Assembly (NCBI GenBank): GCA_031371425.1
Contig: JANMJO010000109.1
Location: forward strand, 1-40,644
Source: Verrucomicrobiales bacterium
GTDB taxonomy: Bacteria > Verrucomicrobiota > Verrucomicrobiia > Limisphaerales > JAFMIX01
Length of the DNA stretch: 40,644 bases
Reading direction: 5' to 3'
In this document: piece after piece, positions 37,101 through 40,644 of the stretch
Layout: every line of letters starts with the position of its first letter
How positions within the stretch are numbered: position 1 is the first letter of the stretch
Translations under genes and position numbers: made by a program
Notes under the pieces: model-generated
What the model was told of the DNA's origin: nothing
The model's input: only the letters and a program-made list of their open reading frames with translations
Databases searched by the model: none

Positions 37101-37329
37101 CAACTTGAGCCACACCTCGCCGGCGGATATCCGGGCGCTGGTGGTTTCACCGGCGGCGTTGAACACGTTGTTCATGGCGCACGCCGGCGGCAATAACGCG
37201 GTGACGAACATCACGCTGACGTTCGACGATGCGGCGGCCAGTTCGCTATCGCAGATCAACCGTCTGACCACGAGCACCAACAAGCCGACGCAGTGGTTTA
37301 TGACACCCAACCCGCCGCCTTTCCCCTGA
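28186..37329 (+). CDS. Giant (~3050 aa) secreted surface protein/adhesin: TolB-like propeller, PPC-like domain, multiple Calx-beta domains, two delta-60 (DUF5122) repeat clusters, partial P-domain
   Basis: GTG 28186 follows GGAG (ATG 28198 is an alternative); PxxSPDG repeats; SIWYQWTAP..FDTVLAVYT; ALQxDGKILIGGxF..IARLNxDGSxDxxF repeats (~30520-31870 and ~33410-34560); FSxxxYxVxE..VxRxxG..GTA..Y..GTLTF modules. Confidence 0.9.
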   Translation: MKEKMRFIGLRLQRLIRGTSALMGSLLVLAGMTATAFGQAETKILFAAKPTIADTTYEFYLIKTNGTGLFRMTMDGTDKICPAVSPDNTTLAYLRNDLPAPNIEIIPVSGGAPYTVPITNYAYALQWGDNQTLYYLSPDGIANGYRLWKTDTNGNGNRVVFTNVLDDLFAASYAFHLDRTTGKAYIPNLNPAIESRIYYGTVTSNRLTGFIPFTTTLGDEFDPGLSPDGNRIAFGADVLFDGEQALWVANTAGGAAAAIANSKYAGNPAWIDNSTLVFTKATASTFANSYYEGNIVRVKQNGTGMSSLTSGTVVSGRCAFPCIIVTTNGAPPPGGDNDYFTNAIVIEGLSGTVAGTNTAATLEAGEPDFINADDFSGVDKSIWYQWTAPASGVVSFDTFGSGFDTVLAVYTNTPDIANLVAANNDYLSLIVPQSWLTFTVVEGTTYFISVNGNSLPAPGYSDSGNVILNWLETVPNIESGTFKFTAANYVVSDNESFSPFDASLFPSIVGARVTVTRTNGFSGRVLVPYTVTNYSTFAFSNNVSGVLVFDDHQMSADIIVDIFSLLTTNTSIGTNPPITLAAPGTIDVTLDTPTLDLLESTDLLPPVLTVVTNTQVTVVSAVYPPSEVDRAASLPYFNIERATFRTPEGNIGATILVYPSRAPSGGSTYTLNYAVDHHVSLTDLLGPNNTFTLQAGSDYATPTTDFTDVTSGTLTWESGDGFPKEINLPIAQDSNPEFNEDFEIELYNPLDISTAPPTVLALGQVNTATMTILFDDQPAGAVDRTWNVEGTSSSVPPNLTYPGTQGGVSDSANGNGGTVYATAVQPDGKSIVAGSFIAFDSNPYNRIVRLLNNGYQDATFLAAPNSGANDFIAALALQPDGKILIGGAFTSFNGANRYHIARLNANGSVDNAFNPGLGVNGMVWALARQANGKIVIAGEFTSVNGTNCNSVARLNANGSLDTSFNPGVGPNGIVKAVAVDGAGRVSIGGYFTRVAGLVRGGVARLNADGTLDASFDPGIGNYNPDTGNTDPVNALALQSDGKLLAGGSFAYVQLNPINGIARFNTDGTVDTSFSTGGSVNGTHNPVIGVADSVNAITLQTDGTILIGGDFISINQTRRVGIARLFGDGSVDTTFMDTAYNQFAGVINHYHNPDAVNLLDYPQGNHRNSINAIAVEPGTNSNVIIGGNFLVVGGGSFAHSGFLARDGDSGIVDNGRMDIHPRSNVARLIGSGTPGPGNIEFSYDAYSVGKSDGSLYVSLVRTNGSLGIIGASLSAPPGPDGQPGIANIPADFTTGNSEPTWNTRWSTPGWMKSDCYFGPNYNLTLGDSTPGVGSGVIFGISNNGNITGNLNANLALAAPKPFDFFLGGELIPLGVAMGAKQASALTIIDPNFKAGTFGFSAAAYTVNQSSNAVTITVTRTNGNHGAVQISYATFNGTATSPANYTAVGGTLTFNQGDISKSFTVPIIPSTVNQPDKTVNLRLFGITGGGQTGLTNAVLTIVNNVFGAGHITFAFPTNTASETAGTAPIVLNRLGAGSGTLDVTMISSDITATNGVNYVRSTNVVHWNNLDVSPKTVNVTVLHDGNFTPSLTVKLRLTNGLVNNLANANVLGLSTLTNSTLVIANADFPGTVQFTAAAYSVKKYGGFALIPVIRTGGSAGTVTVDYTTVNGTASSPANYTATNGVLTFAAGEVSKYIKVPIIDDGSGAGLQALGVTLSNALPASALGSISNTVLNIIDSATVNEPPGSEDVTYSPLSGFNGNVFTLALQVNNQLLVGGEFTMANGVPRQHLARLNENGTLDATFGLPSSSMVANDSVRTLAIQTDGRILVGGHFTTFNNIARSRIARLNYDGSLDSLFDPGSGADNPVFALGETFVNGARKVIIGGAFARLNGVTFNSIGRLNDDGTPDTTFNPAGLGANSTVYALAVQTDGKIIIGGDFTAVNGTALNHIARLNADGSVDNTFTNAVANAAAGANDSVRAISLQLDGSILIGGLFTSVNGTPRSHIARLNSADGSLDNTFNPGAGLDDAVLAISLQADGRIVLGGTFTHCNGVSRNRLTRLNPDGSVDPTINFGTGADAYVGAVVVQKGTIVGYPPTVPDEKIIIGGGFTHYNGAAHDHLARIYGGSIGGSGAFEFSMPDYQADENATNVFITVIRTGGTSGTNADGSGNILVHFTTANGTAQAGTNYTAVDTYLVFPAGEVQQTLAVAVMDDFIITPNLTVNLDIVPQLPATPGYQPTAVLTIVNTDSAIQFTSATYQVPKNVINSLAQIGVVRAGSSVGTATVVFNTTTNGTALVGTDYQPRTNILITFAPGVTQQIVTVPVVNNNLPEGNQTVTMTLSNVFGSLLSAPSNAVLTIIDTVNAPGQFLFSATNYNVSEGGGVGFTSTAITVLRTNGATGIVTVHYATTNGTAAAGIKYIATSGVLTFGDGEISKTFTVPVFNTATIESNQNFFVSLFTTSGGAGLTAPTNAMVTILNTNAGIIFAAATNTFNENAGVALINVVRYNNTHGIATVNYGTTNGTAQAGVNFFATSGTLTFNDGASLASITVPLIYNTNVTGNLTFNVGLSSPSAGTQVGNPGVTSIVLRDVDAGLSFTTSSVSVLKNAGSLVIPVIRSATNSGLVTVDYTTQDGTAQAGVDYTFTHGTLVFSNGVATNTFTVPISNNGLVNGDHAFTVKLSNPSGTGRIVSPSTETVTIIDSNPGLRFSSPTYSVFKTGGQAIINVQRIDFTNTVTSVNYLVTNGTAIAGTHFISSSGTLVFTNGVTNQSFTVAIIGTTTVQPDLVVLLELSSPVNGILIPPSAATLTIHDDTGSYVIPAGAAMVSESGAGAPNDIIDSNETVTVQFALRVAGGTNVANLIATLLPGGGGVTPVNPVTATYGALAYRGHSVSRPFTFMAQGTNTQQITATFRLQNGVNDIGNAIFGFTIGSSARSFSNTAAITIFDNAAASPYPSIINVSGVGGTLIKATVTLTNLSHTSPADIRALVVSPAALNTLFMAHAGGNNAVTNITLTFDDAAASSLSQINRLTTSTNKPTQWFMTPNPPPFP

Positions 37330-37357
37330 TGGCTGGCGAATTGAACGAGAGATTTTT

Positions 37358-39823
37358 ATGAACAAGACGTTTTTGAAAAAGGGATTCAGTCTGCTGGCGG
37401 TCGCAGGCTTGGTCTGGCCGGCTGCCGCCGTGAGTGTGGCGCGCAGGCAGCTCCCCGGCCACGTGCCAGCGGCGGTGGCGAACTTGTCCGTGTCCAGCCA
37501 TCTGGCGGCTACGAACCAGATCAACCTGGCCATCGGCCTGCCGTTGCGGAACACCACGGCGCTGACCAATCTGATGGGGGAGATTTACGATTCCGCCAGT
37601 CCGAAATACCGCCAGTATCTGACGCCGGAAGAATTCACCGCGCAGTTCGGGCCGACCGAGCAGGAGTATCAGGCGGTCAAAGATTTCGCGGCGGCCAACA
37701 GCTTCACCGTCACCGCCACGCACGCCAACCGCATGCTCGTCGAGGTCCGTGGTTCGGCGGCGGATGTGGAGCGCGCCTTCAACGTTCAGCTGAACAAGTA
37801 TCCCCATCCGACGGAAAGCCGGGAGTTTTTCGCGCCCGCCACCGCGCCGTCCGTGCCGGCGTCATTGGCGGTTTTGGATGTGACGGGCTTGAGCGATTTT
37901 CCGCGCCCCACGCCCAGGATCAAACTGGGTGGTTACACTTCCGCTTCGCCCAAGACCGGCTCCGGTCCCGGCGGCTTGCTGATGGGTTATGATTATCGCA
38001 ATGCGTATGTGCCGGGGACGACCTTGACCGGCGTGGGGCAGAAGGTGGCGTTTGTGCAGTTCGACGGATATTTCGCGAGCGACATCGCCCTGTATGCGCA
38101 GCAGTCCGGCTTGCCAGCGCCGGTGCTGACGAACATTTTGATAAACGGGTTCAGCGGCATTCCCACCCTGACCGGCGGCGAAGGTGAAGTGACACTGGAT
38201 CTGGAGATGACGATGTCCATGGCGCCGAATCTGGACATGATGCTGGTCTATGAAGGTGATCCATTTAACTTCAGCCCGAATGCCGTCCTGAACCGGATCG
38301 CTGCGGACAATGCAGCCCGGCAGGTGAGTTGTTCGTGGGGTTGGACCGGCGGGCCGACGGCGACGACCGAGCAGATTTTCCTGCAGATGATTCTTCAGGG
38401 GCAGGCGTTCTTGAACGCTTCCGGCGACTGGGATTCTTCATATCCCGGCTGGATGGAAGACCCGAATTTCGTCGGCTATCCATCGGGCAGCGCCAATATC
38501 GTGCAGGTCGGCGGCACCACATTGACCACCGGCGCGGGCGCGGCGTATGTTTCGGAAACGGTGTGGACTTCCACTGATCCGTATTTTTATCGCGGCGTGC
38601 AGATTGGCGAATTGGGAAGTTCGGGCGGCATCAGCAGCGTCGTCCCCCTTCCGATCTGGCAGCAGGGCATCGCCAACTCCAGCAACAACGCCTCGGCCAC
38701 GTTCCGGAATGTCCCCGATGTCTCCATGCCCGCCGACGGGATCAACATCGTTCTCTACGGCGCCAATCAAAACACCGGCGGCACCAGCGCCTCGGCGCCA
38801 TTGTGGGCGGGCTATCTGGCGCTCGTGAACCAGCAGGCGGTTGCGCAGGGAAAACCCACCGTCGGTTTCCCAAACCCCTCCCTCTACTCCATCGCCAAGA
38901 CGGCCAGCTACAACAGTTGTTTCTATGACATCACCAACGGCAACAACGCTTGGGTGAGCTACCCGACCAATTATTTCGCCGTCGGCGGCTACGACCTTTG
39001 CACCGGCCTCGGCTCTCCAAAAGGCGTGACCCTCATTAACGCTTTGGTCAATGGCACCAACACCGCGCTCATCATTTCCGCACCGTTGCCGCTCTGGGGC
39101 ACCAACCTCGCCGCCCTGAACGGCAGCAACCCCAACGGCGCGTGGTTGCTCTTCGTGCAGGACGACGCGCTCTTTGACTCCGGCTCCATCGCCAAAGGCT
39201 GGCAGCTCAACCTCACCACCGCCAACCCCGTCGGTGCCGCCGCCGACTTGGAACTCACCATGACCAGCCCGGCCACCAACATTCTGGGCAACGGAAATCT
39301 CACCTACGTCATCGCCGTCACCAACTACGGCCCGTCCGCTTGCGCCAGCAATGCCGTCATCACCATCACACTCCCCGCTGCCGCCACATTCCTTTCCGCC
39401 ATTCCCACCAAAGGATTCGTCAGCACCCTCGCTGGCATAAGTCTGACTTGGAACGCCGGACCCTTGGCCGTCAGCGCCGCCGCCAAGCTCACGCTCACCT
39501 TGCGCGCTACCGGCATCGGCAGCTACGCCAACACCGCCCACGTGGATTCCACCACCACCACCGACCCGAATCCTGACGACGACACCGCCACCGTGACCAT
39601 CAACGCCATCACGACGCCGCAATTGTCAGGCTTCCTCATCCCCGGCGGCGACGGACGCTTCCGGCTCTCCATGACAAATGAGATTTCCGGGTCGGTCATC
39701 ATCCAGGCATCCACCAACCTGTTCAACTGGGTAAATATTTCCACCAACACCCTGCCGTTCATCTACACCAACGGCTACACCACGAACTACTCCGCCCGCT
39801 TCTACCGCGCAGTCCTGCCGTAG
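37358..39823 (+). CDS. Secreted sedolisin (peptidase S53) with pro-domain, partial P-domain, DUF11 and C-terminal domain
   Basis: Pro-kumamolisin YLTPEEFTAQFGPT; catalytic EVTLD (Glu/Asp), ASGD oxyanion Asp, GGTSASAP (Ser), GYDLCTGLGSP; DUF11 ADLELT..LTYVIAVTNYGPS; C-terminal IQASTNLFNW...RFYRA. Confidence 0.93.
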   Translation: MNKTFLKKGFSLLAVAGLVWPAAAVSVARRQLPGHVPAAVANLSVSSHLAATNQINLAIGLPLRNTTALTNLMGEIYDSASPKYRQYLTPEEFTAQFGPTEQEYQAVKDFAAANSFTVTATHANRMLVEVRGSAADVERAFNVQLNKYPHPTESREFFAPATAPSVPASLAVLDVTGLSDFPRPTPRIKLGGYTSASPKTGSGPGGLLMGYDYRNAYVPGTTLTGVGQKVAFVQFDGYFASDIALYAQQSGLPAPVLTNILINGFSGIPTLTGGEGEVTLDLEMTMSMAPNLDMMLVYEGDPFNFSPNAVLNRIAADNAARQVSCSWGWTGGPTATTEQIFLQMILQGQAFLNASGDWDSSYPGWMEDPNFVGYPSGSANIVQVGGTTLTTGAGAAYVSETVWTSTDPYFYRGVQIGELGSSGGISSVVPLPIWQQGIANSSNNASATFRNVPDVSMPADGINIVLYGANQNTGGTSASAPLWAGYLALVNQQAVAQGKPTVGFPNPSLYSIAKTASYNSCFYDITNGNNAWVSYPTNYFAVGGYDLCTGLGSPKGVTLINALVNGTNTALIISAPLPLWGTNLAALNGSNPNGAWLLFVQDDALFDSGSIAKGWQLNLTTANPVGAAADLELTMTSPATNILGNGNLTYVIAVTNYGPSACASNAVITITLPAAATFLSAIPTKGFVSTLAGISLTWNAGPLAVSAAAKLTLTLRATGIGSYANTAHVDSTTTTDPNPDDDTATVTINAITTPQLSGFLIPGGDGRFRLSMTNEISGSVIIQASTNLFNWVNISTNTLPFIYTNGYTTNYSARFYRAVLP

Positions 39824-39844
39824 CAGCAAATTCCTCCAACACCG

Positions 39845-40423
39845 GTGAAAGTCCTTGGCTTAACTGGCGGCATCGGGATGGGCAAATCCACCACCGCCGA
39901 CTGGTTGCAAGACCACGGCGTCCCCGTCATAGACACGGACGAACTCGCCCGCCAACTCGTTCAGCCCGGCGAACCCGCGCTCGCCGAAATCCAATCCGCC
40001 TTCGGCCAGACCATCGTCGGCGCAGACGGCCTGCTCCGCCGCGACGCGCTCGCCCAACTCGTCTTCGCCGATGAAGTCGCGCGAAAAAAACTCGAAGCCA
40101 TTCTCCACCCTCGCATCCGCGAACGCTGGCTCGCGCAGCTCGCAGAGTGGCGCGCCGCCGGCCGCTCGGCGGCAGTCGTCGTCATACCCTTGCTCTACGA
40201 AACCAAGGCCGAATCGAACTTCGACCAGATCCTCTGCGTCGCCTGCTCCGCCGCCACGCAGCGCGAGCGGTTGTTTGCCCGGGGCTGGACTGCGGATGAA
40301 ATCAGCCGGCGCAACGCCGCCCAATGGCCTGTGGAAAAGAAAATGGCACTCGCCCACCGCATCATCTGGACCGAGGGCGAACCGGACGTGATGGCCGCGC
40401 AACTGGCGCGGGTCATCGCCTGA
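39845..40423 (+). CDS. coaE: Dephospho-CoA kinase
   Basis: GLTGGIGMGKST, IDTDELAR, LEAILHPRIR, IPLLYE. Confidence 0.95.
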   Translation: MKVLGLTGGIGMGKSTTADWLQDHGVPVIDTDELARQLVQPGEPALAEIQSAFGQTIVGADGLLRRDALAQLVFADEVARKKLEAILHPRIRERWLAQLAEWRAAGRSAAVVVIPLLYETKAESNFDQILCVACSAATQRERLFARGWTADEISRRNAAQWPVEKKMALAHRIIWTEGEPDVMAAQLARVIA

Positions 40424-40427
40424 ACGC

Positions 40428-40616
40428 GGGCTCGAAATGCTGCCTAGGGTCAGGGAAATGCGCCCTGACGTCCCCGTCATAATGATTACCGCCTACGGCG
40501 ATCCCGAGACAAAGCGCAGGGCGATAGAAAACGGCGCAAGCGGATTGCTGACCAAGCCCATCGACTTCACGCTGTTGAGGAAAGAAATCGATGCACGGCT
40601 AGAGCAAGCTGGATGA
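40428..40616 (+). pseudogene. C-terminal half of a CheY-like receiver protein, N-terminus missing
   Basis: GLEMLPRVREMRPDVPVIMITAYGDPETKRRAIENGASGLLTKPIDFTLLRKEIDARLEQAG*; has the T and KP motifs but no acidic pocket or phospho-acceptor Asp; starts 4 nt after the coaE stop. Confidence 0.75.
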
Positions 40617-40644
40617 CGATGGTGTCCGCCTCGCCGCCACACTG

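Noticed and set aside
37320-37360. Frameshift or readthrough joining the giant protein to the sedolisin
   Set aside because: The downstream ORF has its own ATG, signal peptide and pro-domain, and the missing P-domain part lies 1.7 kb further on, so a simple sequencing error does not explain the split.
587-39622. Many long antisense or alternate-frame ORFs (e.g. 587-1891, 5040-6686, 18969-20507, 29677-31680, 34282-36609, 38438-39622)
   Set aside because: They shadow well-supported genes, lack recognisable motifs and are expected from high-GC codon bias.
1-40644. tRNA, rRNA, riboswitch or transposase genes
   Set aside because: None recognised by eye; intergenic spaces are short and mostly explained by repeats or promoters. 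A covariance-model scan would be needed to exclude small RNAs.

Overview
High-GC bacterial window whose gene content points to Verrucomicrobiota, most likely subdivision 3 (Pedosphaera/Limisphaera-like); this is inferred from the Amuc_1098-1101-type pilus genes and the protein style. All family calls come from motif recognition by eye, not database searches. Layout: (1) the end of a gene cassette with a textbook integron attC site at 49-141; (2) housekeeping genes (ftsK, HIT, hicBA, zinc-finger micro-protein, btpA/sgcQ, rnc, dusB, nif3) interleaved with several families of palindromic repeats, one inserted in-frame in dusB; (3) a G-skewed glycan/exosortase block (TagA/WecB glycosyltransferase, exosortase, EpsI, priming glycosyltransferase, UDP-GlcA decarboxylase); (4) a PilM(N)-PilO-like-Amuc_1099-like-secretin cluster; (5) a 19-kb run of five secreted Thr/Asn-rich proteins, including a ~3050-aa Calx-beta/delta-60 protein and a sedolisin; (6) coaE and a foreign-looking receiver-domain fragment. 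Best novelty candidates: a proprotein-convertase P-domain split between the giant protein and the downstream sedolisin, a shared C-terminal domain on cargo encoded beside a secretin, and strong TN-dipeptide/Asp-to-Asn bias suggesting a glycosylated surface layer.
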